Assembly: GCA_965218055.1 (NCBI GenBank)
Contig: CBDCKA010000001.1
Location: forward strand, 840,953-904,952
Length of the DNA stretch: 64,000 nucleotides
Reading direction: 5' to 3'
From: Terriglobia bacterium
GTDB lineage: Bacteria; Acidobacteriota; Terriglobia; JAJPHL01; JAPKYU01
Of this stretch, positions 40,845-49,640 are shown piece after piece; positions within the stretch are counted from its first letter, which is position 1; each line of letters opens with the position of its first letter. The notes below the pieces were generated by a model that saw only the letters and a list, made by a program, of their open reading frames with translations, had not been told where the DNA came from and made no database searches. The translations under genes and the position numbers were made by a program.

Positions 40845-43243
40845 ATGTCCACAGAACTAACCCGACCGCAAAGAGCCACGGAACTGGGCCGACCGCTAGG
40901 AGAGGAGGAGCTTGCCGACGAAGCACTCACCCAGGCACTGTCTCATGCACACGCCCAGAAGACCGATGTGCTGGACCTTCTGGTGGTGGAAAAGAAGTTC
41001 AGCGAGGAGGCGGTGGCCGAAGTCCTTTGCCCGGCGGATGCGGCTGCCCCGGGTCAATCTGGCAGCCACCGTTCCGGAACCGGATGCCATCAAGCTGGTG
41101 CCGGAAGGGATGGCCCGCAGGCACCAAGTCGTGCCCCTGAAACTGGAAAACCGCTCCCTGGTGGTGGCTATGGCCAACCCCGCCAACATGGACGCCCAGC
41201 GTGACATCGAGTTCTCCACCGGAAAGACCCTGAAGATCCTGGTGGCGACCCGCACGGAAATCGTGGACGCGCTGGAGAAGACCTTCGCGACGGGCGAAAT
41301 GCTCAAGGACTTCCTGGAAAATATCAGCGACGTCCACAATTTCGAGCTGGTGGAAGAAAGCAAGGCCGAGGAGGTCGATCTGAAGGATTCTTTGGGCGGA
41401 GCGGAGTTGCCACCGGTGGTGAAGATGGTGAACCTGGTGGTGTACGACGCCATCCGCAATCGGGGCAGCGATATCCACCTTGAGCCGACGGTCAATGATC
41501 TGAAGGTCCGGGTGCGGATCGACGGCGTGATGCGCGAGTTTATGCAGCTTCCCAAGTGGGTGTGCCAGCCTGTGGTCTCGCGCATCAAGATACTGGCAAA
41601 ACTGGACATCGCCGAACGGCGCGTGCCCCAGGACGGCCGCCTGAAGGTGGCCATCGAGGGGCGGAACGTGGACATGCGCGTCTCCACCTTGCCCACCCAC
41701 CTGGGAGAGAAAGTGGTGATGCGCATCCTGGGTTCGGGGCAGGTCCCCAAGATGACTGAGCTAGGCTTTGAATCCGAGGATTTGGAAGCAATCCTGGGAG
41801 CGACGCAGAATCCCCAGGGTATGCTGCTGGTGACCGGCCCCACCGGCAGCGGCAAGACAACCAGCCTCTACTCGTTGTTGAATCATCGCAAGAGCCCGGA
41901 AGTAAACATCATCACTGTAGAAGATCCGGTGGAGTACCAGTTACCGGGGATCAACCAAGTTCAGATCAATCCCAAGGCCGGGTTGACCTTCCCTGCCTGC
42001 CTGCGCTCTAGCCTGCGCCAAGACCCGGACATCATTTTGGTGGGGGAAATCCGAGACCAGGAAACGGCCGAAGTGGCCTTCCACGCCTCAATGACCGGCC
42101 ACCTGGTGCTCTCCACCCTGCACACCAACAGCGCGCCGGCCACCCTCAGCCGCCTGCTGGACCTGGGTGTGGACCCGTTTGTAGTGGGTTCCACGGTGAT
42201 CCTGGTGATGGCCCAGCGACTGGCGCGGGAGGTGTGCCCACACTGCAAAGTAAATTACTCTCCGCCCGAGATGGTGCTGAAGCGTCTGAACCTGCCTGCC
42301 GACGAGGTGTACTTTCGCGGCGCCGGGTGTCCTCAGTGTAGTTTTTCCGGTTTCTCCGGCCGAACTGGCATCTACGAGGTGCTACAGGTGAACCCGGCCG
42401 TGCGCGAGCTATTAACCGAAAAGCGCCGGAAGCGGAAATCCGCAAGGTGGCCGTTCGTAGCGGAGGATTTTCCAGCCTGCTCCAGAAAGGGCTGGCCAAG
42501 GTGAGAGCAGGTTTGACCACGCCGGACGAACTGCTGCGGATCCTTCAGGTCGAAGAAGAGGAGGTAGCCGCCTGTCCAAATTGCCGTGCCCAAATCGACC
42601 CGGATTTCACCGTCTGCCCTTATTGCAGCCGGTCTCTAAAGTCCGTCTGCCGCGAGTGCCGGCAGCAGCTCCGTCCTAAGTGGACAATCTGTCCATATTG
42701 CGGCACTCCCGCTGAGGAGTCAGAAGCGGCGGCCGGGGGGCGGATGCCTTCCTTGGCGGACACAACGGGCTCGGCCATGCCGACTCGTCAGAATCACCCT
42801 CCGACCGCACCGGCCCCCGCCTCGTCCGAGGTCACAGCGGACCGGGCTCAGGCACCTGCTGGCTCCCCTGAGACAACCGCTTCTCCGGGGAAGACACCGG
42901 AAGCCGCTTTCGTTCCGCCCCGTTCCACCAAGCCCCCCAAGCAGGTGAAGATCCTGGTAGTGGACGACGATCCCTCCATCTAGATTGTCCTGCGCAAGAG
43001 CTTGGAGCAACTGCCGTTGCCCTCTGAGATCTTCACTGCCTCCAGTGGAGGAAGTACAGCCGGACCTGATTCTGTTGGACGTGATGATGCCTGAGGTCGA
43101 CGGCTTTACCGTGTGCCAAAAGCTGCGGGAAAACGTGCGCACCACCTTTATCCCCATCATCATGCTCACCGCGAATCCGGATGAAGAAAATCGCACTAAG
43201 GGCTTTCTCGTGGGCACAGACGACTACATGAATAAGCCGTTCC
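40845..43243 (+). pseudogene. GspE/PilB-like secretion ATPase fused to a double zinc ribbon and a receiver (REC) domain; disrupted by 2 frameshifts, 1 in-frame TAG and a 3'-truncating deletion
   Basis: T2SSE_N domain MSTELT...EEAVAEVL then a +1 shift (extra T near 41016-41018) into ARRMRLPRVNLAAT... Walker A GPTGSGKTT and tetracysteine CPHC...CPQC are present. A -1 shift near 42423 (aag|cgcc) restores ...EIRKVAVRSGGFSSLLQKGLAKVRAGLTTPDELLRILQ. That frame runs on without a stop into CPNC..CPYC / CREC..CPYC, a Pro/Ala linker, and KILVVDDDPSI-TAG(42981)-IVLRKSL...DLILLDVMMPEVDGF...YMNKPF. Confidence 0.7.
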
Positions 43244-43244
43244 C

Positions 43245-44100
43245 AGTTTGTCCGGCGGGATACCCGGCCCGTAGTTGCGGACGGAGAAACGCACCCGGCG
43301 ATCGATCTCACAGACTGCGGCTTCCACCGCCGTACCAGCCGGCGCATATTTGATGGCGTTGGAAAGTAGGTTCGTCAGGACTTGTTCCATCCGGTCGCGG
43401 TCCGCCATAACGGGCGACACCGCGCCGGACGGCAAAACCACCAGGTGGATAGAGACCCCCTCTGCATAGGTCCGCAGGCCGTTCATGGCGCGGCGGAGCA
43501 GTTCGAGGGGCTCCAGCAGTTCCAGGTTCAGCTCGGTCTTGCCGGCTTCGATCTTGGAAATATCCAGGATGTCGTTGATCAGCCGGTCCACTGCCGACTG
43601 CCCGATCTCCAGCAACTCTCGCACCGAATCGGTAATTGGTCCAGCGTAGCACCCAGCAACAGATCCAGCGACCCCTTGATCGAGGTCATTGGGGTCCGCA
43701 GCTCATGGGAAGCCACCGAGATGAACTCGTTCTTCATCTCGTCGACTTCCTTAGCCTGAGTGACATCGTTCAACGAGCAGACGTAACCGATCAGGCCGCC
43801 CTCAGGATTGTAGATCGACGCGGTGGTCTGCTCAATGTAGCGGAAATCCGGGCGATGCCACTCATAGACCATCTTGCTGGCAGTTTCCGGGTTGCAGGCG
43901 AGCCGCACTAGTTGTTGTCGCATTCGATCTTCTGGCTCAACCAAGTTCTCCAGCAGGCTGGGAGGAAGGCAGATATGCCTGCCGAGCACAGCGGCCGGGG
44001 AAAGACCGGTCATCTCGCCGATCTTGCGGTTGATCCACACCATCCGCCACTGCGCGTCGCACACGACGACCCCGCTGGGAAGGTTTTCTAGGGCCGTAAA
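43245..44100 (-). pseudogene. PAS-domain sensor histidine kinase, frameshifted and 3'-truncated
   Basis: ORF 43579..44064 gives PAS plus H-box [24 protein letters not shown] frame break near 43600-43630 leads into ORF 43196..43624 (MRELLEIG...DILDISKIEAGK...N-box LLSNAIKYAPAG...G1 box). It ends after GIPPDKL, abutting the truncated receiver on the other strand. Confidence 0.6.
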
Positions 44101-44137
44101 TAGGTTTCCGGTGATAGTTTTCTGTCGGGATCACCTG

Positions 44138-44525
44138 TTATTTCTCTCTGCCCGCGTCTTTCAGAATCTGCCGAATTTGGGCGGTCAGTTGGATGGGGTC
44201 AAACGGTTTGACCAGATAGCCGACCGCGCCGAGCGCCAGCCCTTTCCGAATCTCGGTTTCCTGTGCTTTGGCCGTGAGAAAGATGACAGGGATGTGGCGG
44301 GTGGCCGGATCGGCCTTGAGGCGACGGCAGGTTTCGTAGCCATCCATACGCGGCATCATGGCGTCCAACAAAATCACGTCGGGCCGTTCAGTGCTCACTT
44401 TCTTCAGACACTCCTGGCCGTTGCTGGCCACCACTACTTCCCAATGGCCCTGGAACTGGAAGGCTCATGCGCGCAACTTTCTGAATATCCTCCTCATCTT
44501 CCGCGAGCAACACCTTGTGAATTTC
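44138..44525 (-). pseudogene. CheY-like single-domain response regulator with frameshift
   Basis: MEIHKVLLAEDEEDIQKVARMSL is in one frame. ...VVASNGQECLKKVSTERPDVILLDAMMPRMDGYETCRRLK...VGYLVKPF is in another. Break near 44455-44470. Confidence 0.6.
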
Positions 44526-44536
44526 CATAGGTCGTG

Positions 44537-45937
44537 TCAAGACCCTTCGGTCTCGGGCTGGCGACCGAGGATCGACCGCGCTATCTCCACCAGGGCACGC
44601 GCATCAATGGGCTTGCTGACGAATTTCTCCGCGCCCATGGCCATAGCCTGGCCCGGGTCCTCCACGACCGACATGCGAATCACCGGAATGCTCCGGGTGC
44701 GATCGTTTTGTTTGAGCAGGTGGAGCAATTCAAAGCCACTCATGTCGGGCATGAGTAAATCCAGAGCAATGAGGGCAGGCTGATGGCATTCTGCTATTTT
44801 CCACCGCTTCCTCGCCTCGGTCGACGGCCCAGGCCCGGTAGCTGTTTGCTATTGAAAATGCCGCACATTGCCCGGGCCACGTCCTGGTTGTCGGTTCACC
44901 ACCAGGACGAGGGGAAGAGGCTGCTGCTCGGGGTGCGCCGGGGGCTGTCGCCCCAAGCGTGGCCGCCAACTCTGGCTCAGTGCAGGCCGGGGAGTGTAAA
45001 GAAAAACGTGGAACCCTGCCCGACTCTCGTGTCGAACCAAGATGCGGTCGCCGTGCCGTTCGATAATCGCCCGGGCAATCGCCAACCCCAGGCCCGAACC
45101 CTGGTGCTCCCGGGTCAAAGTATCCTCTGCCTGGGAAAATTTGCTGAAAATTCGCTTTTGAGCCTGCCGAGGAATACCTTTACCCTGGTCGCGCACCGAC
45201 ACCTCCACAAACGGGGCGCCATTCTGCATCACGCGGCGAGCTGCAACGGAGACGGTGGCCCCGCGAGGAGAATACTTGATGGCATTGGAAAACAATGAGC
45301 TGAGAGCTTGTTCCAGGCGCTCCCGATCAGCGTTGGCTGGAGGCAGGTCGGGCTCAATTGGGGCTTCTAGCGCCACATTTTTCTTCTCCGCACTCGCCGA
45401 ATGGCTGTTGAGCTCGTGCTGGATACTCTCCGCCACGGAAATGGGCTCCACGCACAAGGGTAGGCGGCGGGTTTCCAGCTTGAACATGTCCAGAATGCTG
45501 TTAGTTAGCGAGACGAGCCGGTCCGTATTCTTTCCCGCCAGTTCCAGTAGTTCTCGCAATTCGGGAGCCAGCGAACCCGCCGCCCCACCCAGCGCAAGTC
45601 CCAGCCGAACCTTTGATGGCCGTCAGCGGTGTCCGCACGGCACGCTTGGTCGGCTTCCAGCTCGGGGGGACTTTGGACCTGGACCACAGGCATCAAATAA
45701 ACGCGCAAGCTTCCCAGTGCACCGGCCAGCGGGAAAACCAATTCCGCCGTCAACGGGAGTCGTTTGCCGTATAGCAGCCAATTGTTTTTGAAACGCCTCT
45801 GAATCGTGGACGTAGTTTTTGAAAAGGCCAGCAATCTGAGGAAGTTCCAGCTGTTTTAGTTCCTCCGGGTCCAGCTGCGCCAGGTTGGCAGCCCGCTCGT
45901 TCGCCATAGCCTCCATTCTGGACTGCGTCATCTTCAT
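44537..45937 (-). pseudogene. hybrid histidine kinase (HisKA + HATPase + C-terminal REC), at least 5 frameshifts
   Basis: Receiver pieces are spread over three frames within 44750-44880 (LVLVVNDNQDVARAMCGIF / YRAWAVDRGEEAVE / KIAECHQPALIALDLLMPDMSGFELL...). The HATPase is intact (GSGLGLAIARAIIERHG). The H-box ...RTPLTAIKGS is in a different frame from ...LAPELRELLELAGKN (break near 45575-45600). The N-terminal part 45623..45937 is also split across frames. Confidence 0.55.
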
Positions 45938-46529
45938 GGATGCCAGAGGCCGGGTGGTGATAGGGACTTATGGTGCTGAGCTTCCTGGCCTTCGGGGGGG
46001 TTCTGGCCTTGTGGATTCACCTCATTCATGGGAACCCGCCATTTGTTCTCAAAAAGACCAGCCCCGGCCGAAGCCAGCCCCGGAGTTGCAAACCGTTGCT
46101 GATCATACGCAGTGTTCATCGGGAAACAAATTACTGGTGCCGGTTGCGCAGGCACGGCAGCGAGCACCTCGGGCACCCCAACACTGTAGCGGTCTGTTCT
46201 GCATGGCAGGGTTTGCCTCTGGAGCACCGGCATTCCACCAACGCCGCGCTGCTTTAGAGCGATGCCCGGGGCGCGACGGCCCGTCCTCGGCTATTCATCT
46301 TGTCCAGGAGCGGACGACGCGCGCAAGCAGCAGTGCACCAAAGGCAAGTGCGGCCAGTAGGGCGGGCGAGACGGCCGCCAGCACCAGCAGGTCGCGATCC
46401 AGGATCAGCCGATGAGAAACGTGCAGCGAGCTGGCAATCAACAGGACACCCATGGCGAAATAGAGTGAGCGTAACACCTAGGTTGCCATTTTTCCGCCTG
46501 AGCCCATAAGTGGTCAACCAACGCCGAAC

Positions 46530-47474
46530 TTACTGGACGGCCATTTTCGCGGGATTGCTCGCTTGGCCGTCGGTTTGGATCACGACGCCGAGATCGCCCG
46601 AGGGTGCATCAAGCGGCACCACAAGGTTCACCTGGTAGAGCCCCACAAATCCGGGGGCCAAGCCGGAGAAGAGCACTTCGGCAACGATACCGCCCACCGT
46701 CACCACCGGCGGAATCGAGGTGAGAGAGAGCGGAGAAGCCGAGGCGGGCGCTCCCGTGAGCGGGGCGGGAGCGACCGGTCCCAGGCCCGTGGCGTAAACA
46801 ACCACCGGCTCACCCGGCGACGCCGGATTTTCGGGCGTGACAAGCTGGAAGGTCTCATTATGCAGAATGGCGCCTGCCGTGCCGTCGAGGGTAAGAATTC
46901 CCGGCTGGGCGAGCGAAATGTTGACCTCGACCGGATCGCTTAACACGCCGTTGTTGTTAACCACTACGGTCACAGTCGCCTGCCCGGTCAGCTCGTAGGG
47001 AACCTGCAGGTTGATCTGCTCCTGGCCATCCACGGTGGCGACGGTAAACAGCGGCACGGCAATGCCACTCAGCGTCACTGAAGTTCCCTGCAACTCGGTG
47101 GGCAGCGGAAGCTGCTCGGCCAGCACGACGCCGCTCACGTCTGTGGTAATCCCCGTCCCGAAGATGGTGACGATGGCCCCCGGCGTCACACCAGGCACAA
47201 AGCTTGCACCGTTCGCATCAGAAAACGCCGCCTCCTGCACGCTGTGGCAGTGAGAGGACATGGGGAACGCCTCGGTCACCGACACCGCGAAGGGTACATG
47301 TGGTTTCCGGGTGACTCGTGGTGGGTCGAAGAACCAAAACCCGCCGTGCTCTGGCGGGTGAACGGAAGGACCACCGGGACTGCCCATGTCAGTCCCAATC
47401 TGATGCCGATCTACCGCAAGCCGGATGCTGAGCACCTGGACCTGGTGCACCTCCGGGCCGGTGTAGACTCTCAA
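46530..47474 (-). CDS. 'Solibacter-type' C-terminal-domain protein lacking a signal peptide (probable gene fragment)
   Basis: 314 aa. From about residue 80, the pattern VQEAAFSDANGASFVPGVTPGAIVTIFGTGI...LSGIAVPLFTVATVDGQEQINLQVP...APGFVGLYQVNLVVP matches the C-terminal domains of 33883..35853. The N-terminal 80 aa have no signal or TM. Confidence 0.55.
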   Translation of the reverse strand: MRVYTGPEVHQVQVLSIRLAVDRHQIGTDMGSPGGPSVHPPEHGGFWFFDPPRVTRKPHVPFAVSVTEAFPMSSHCHSVQEAAFSDANGASFVPGVTPGAIVTIFGTGITTDVSGVVLAEQLPLPTELQGTSVTLSGIAVPLFTVATVDGQEQINLQVPYELTGQATVTVVVNNNGVLSDPVEVNISLAQPGILTLDGTAGAILHNETFQLVTPENPASPGEPVVVYATGLGPVAPAPLTGAPASASPLSLTSIPPVVTVGGIVAEVLFSGLAPGFVGLYQVNLVVPLDAPSGDLGVVIQTDGQASNPAKMAVQ

Positions 47475-47538
47475 AGCAGCTTGGGCCGATCTCTCGACCT
47501 ACGTTCAGCCTCACTAGCCGCTTGCCGATTGGATGATC

Positions 47539-47590
47539 CAAAAGAAAAGGGGAGCCCGATTCGGATCGGACTCCCCTTTCGGTTTCTAGT
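47539..47590. terminator. bidirectional intrinsic terminator downstream of 47649..48755
   Basis: caaaagaaaa-GGGGAGCCCGATtcggATCGGaCTCCCC-TTTCGGTTTCT. GC stem flanked by an A-run and a T-run. Confidence 0.6.
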
Positions 47591-47648
47591 CTCGTGCGTA
47601 AGGCTCTTTCCTCACAAGAGGAGCCGCTGCACGATGGCCCTTCTTAAC

Positions 47649-48755
47649 TTACTCCGTCCGCACCGCGAGATAGCCCTGCGCCAGGGTGTTGTCTCCGTCA
47701 GTGATGAAGGCAAAGCCGTGCGCATTCCGAAATTCACAGGTTGCAGTGATATAGCCCTGGAATTCGGCGGCAATATTTGACAGAAGATCGACCCACTGTG
47801 CCCCACCCGCGACAGGCTCGGGCGTCATCAAATCATCAGGAGCATCGGGACCGCTGTACTCGATGGTGCAGGAGCCAGATCCCTCCGAGGCATTCGTGAT
47901 GACCAGTCCGGTATTGAAGCCGAGCTGGTTGGTCACGAACGGGAACAGCAGCGTCGTGGTGCAATCGTTGATCTCGATCACATCGTTGGTGGGGCCGCTG
48001 GCATAACGCGGGCTCTTTGCAGCGTCATCGGTCACGGGATGATAGCTGACGGTCACGGAACCGGTATTAAGCGTCGGCTCTCCCGCCTCCCACGTGAACG
48101 TTATCGTCAACTCATTCCATTCCATTGCTTTCTCGGCGTCCGTCCCCTCGCGCACGTCGTCAGTAGTATCGAGCTCATCGTCGAAGTTGTATACGATCTG
48201 ACCCGCACGTGCTACTGACAGAGCGACGTTTCCGTCCTCATCAAGGCCGCTCATCTCCCCCTCGGTCATCAACGTGAGTGGGGCTAAATCGCCCGATATA
48301 ACTTGTGGGGAAGCGGTGAGATCTGTCATCTCGAGTGCCATTCTCGTTCCCATCATGCTCGGCGTCACGGTCACACCCTCAGGAATGTCGCGGAAAGCCA
48401 CCACGAGCTGATTTTCATCGTTGAGCGCGCTCGCAAAACCTTCCACGAACTTGATGGTGGCTACGTTCATGTTGTCCGATGGGGCCTCACACTGCAGACC
48501 CGTAGCCGAGGTTACCGTAATGTCGAGTCCGGCTGTCACGTCGGCGAGTTTAATCGGACTGTGTTTAATCATCACACCGTTGACACGAACTTCCGCGGTG
48601 ACATCATTACCATCTCCCACCATGGAGGCGTTGGCCATGATCCCGCCGATAGTTACCGTGCTACCCGTCGCAGTGTTAGGGAAATTTATACCAGTGTTGT
48701 CGGTGGCGATAGTCCAAAACGCTTCGCCAGATCGTTTGTAACTAGCTAATACCAA
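47649..48755 (-). CDS. acidic Thr/Asp-rich protein, shorter paralogue of 49640..51094 (TTG start, no signal peptide)
   Basis: 368 aa. Aligns with the C-terminal two-thirds of the 49640 protein (ASMVGDGNDVTAEVRVN ~ ANAYMVGDDGEISAQLTVN). Shares the C-terminal 4-Cys module FPFVTNQLGFNTGLVITNAS...CTIEY...CEFRNAHGFAFI...AQGYLAV. Confidence 0.65.
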   Translation of the reverse strand: MVLASYKRSGEAFWTIATDNTGINFPNTATGSTVTIGGIMANASMVGDGNDVTAEVRVNGVMIKHSPIKLADVTAGLDITVTSATGLQCEAPSDNMNVATIKFVEGFASALNDENQLVVAFRDIPEGVTVTPSMMGTRMALEMTDLTASPQVISGDLAPLTLMTEGEMSGLDEDGNVALSVARAGQIVYNFDDELDTTDDVREGTDAEKAMEWNELTITFTWEAGEPTLNTGSVTVSYHPVTDDAAKSPRYASGPTNDVIEINDCTTTLLFPFVTNQLGFNTGLVITNASEGSGSCTIEYSGPDAPDDLMTPEPVAGGAQWVDLLSNIAAEFQGYITATCEFRNAHGFAFITDGDNTLAQGYLAVRTE

Positions 48756-48766
48756 TAGATGTACTG

Positions 48767-49057
48767 TTAATCAACGCCCATCAATCCCCTTATTGAATCC
48801 CTCTTTGTAAACGGGAACCCATTGGCCCATTCTGGACTTTTGTAGACCGGTTTGCGAGCAATCCACCCTGAGTCCGGGAATCCGAGGCGGTTGAGTAGGG
48901 TGGCAATCTGCGTGTGCTGCGAATCGGAGATTCGCTGGCTGTGCCGCTGTGCTTCAGCGGCCCGATAGTCGGCCGCGTGCGAACCATCACGACGAGCCTT
49001 CACGACCTGTGTGGAATGGGTGCTCGCGGACCGCAGTGTTTTCAGCTCTTTTGTCAT
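48767..49057 (-). CDS. small hypothetical protein between the two paralogues
   Basis: Within ORF 48767..49072. ATG at 49057 preceded by GGGG. MTKELKTLRSASTHSTQVVKARRDGSHAADYRAAEAQRHSQR... No family recognised. Confidence 0.4.
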   Translation of the reverse strand: MTKELKTLRSASTHSTQVVKARRDGSHAADYRAAEAQRHSQRISDSQHTQIATLLNRLGFPDSGWIARKPVYKSPEWANGFPFTKRDSIRGLMGVD

Positions 49058-49317
49058 CGCGTGACCCCGCAAGTCTAGCTAGATGGAAGTGGCTGCCTAT
49101 CATATCAAGCCAAAGTTGCACATTCAAAGCTATTCAGCCGAATCGCAGCGGCTTGGACAGGCTACTGCGGTCATTGCAAGTCGCCCTCGGCACCCTGCGG
49201 GTGTGCCTCATCGAGTTCCGGATCGCCCTCACCTCTGCGGACCGAGCGCTCGACGAGATCGACCCGCCGCCTCAGATCGGCCAGCCCGGCGGTTCGGGCG
49301 GCGCCGCCTACCCTTAG

Positions 49318-49640
49318 CGTACAAGCCTACCAGACTGTACGCTCTACAAGACAGGCAGGAAAAATGAGCACAGGCTTACCAGCCTATGCTCTCCAGGGGG
49401 CAGGCAGGAATGCCTACCCTACCTTTTGAAAAGGAAAAAAAGGGAGCCTCATCTGGATGAGGCTCCCCTGTAGTTTCCGGCTTGGCGTTCAGGCGCACAC
49501 ACGCCGTCAGGCAGGAAGCGAGTACAGGCCTTGCGGCCTGTACTCTACGCCTAAGCGCAATCGAAGGAGATGGAAACTGAGCACAGGCCTTAGCGGCCTG
49601 TGCTCTCTACAACCCAGGCAGGAATGCCTGCCGCTATGCT
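49318..49640. repeat. cluster of REP-like palindromic repeat units (hairpin + CAGGCAGGAATGCC box)
   Basis: Hairpins: cgtacaAGCCTACCAGACtgtacg (49318-41), gagcacaggcTTACCAgcctatgctc (49366-91), gagtacaggccTTGCggcctgtactc (49520-45), gagcacaggccTTAGCggcctgtgctc (49579-605). Each is followed by ctctacaa(g/c)NcaggcaggaA(atgcct...). Confidence 0.6.
49425..49470 (-). terminator. intrinsic terminator of the 49640..51094 transcript
   Basis: In transcript orientation: GGGGAGCCTCATCcagATGAGGCTCCC followed by TTTTTTTCCTTTT. A 12-bp GC-rich stem plus U-run. Confidence 0.7.

Noticed and set aside
42981-42983. TAG inside the receiver domain as programmed read-through or pyrrolysine
   Set aside because: No pyl genes or context support this. 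The codon sits in a tract with about 10 other disabling lesions, so ordinary pseudogenisation is the economical explanation.
49318-49640. Possible CRISPR array suggested by repeated palindromic units
   Set aside because: Repeat spacing is irregular (40, 158, 53 bp). Units are imperfect copies. There are no cas genes nearby, and one copy pair brackets an intrinsic terminator. This fits REP-like elements far better.
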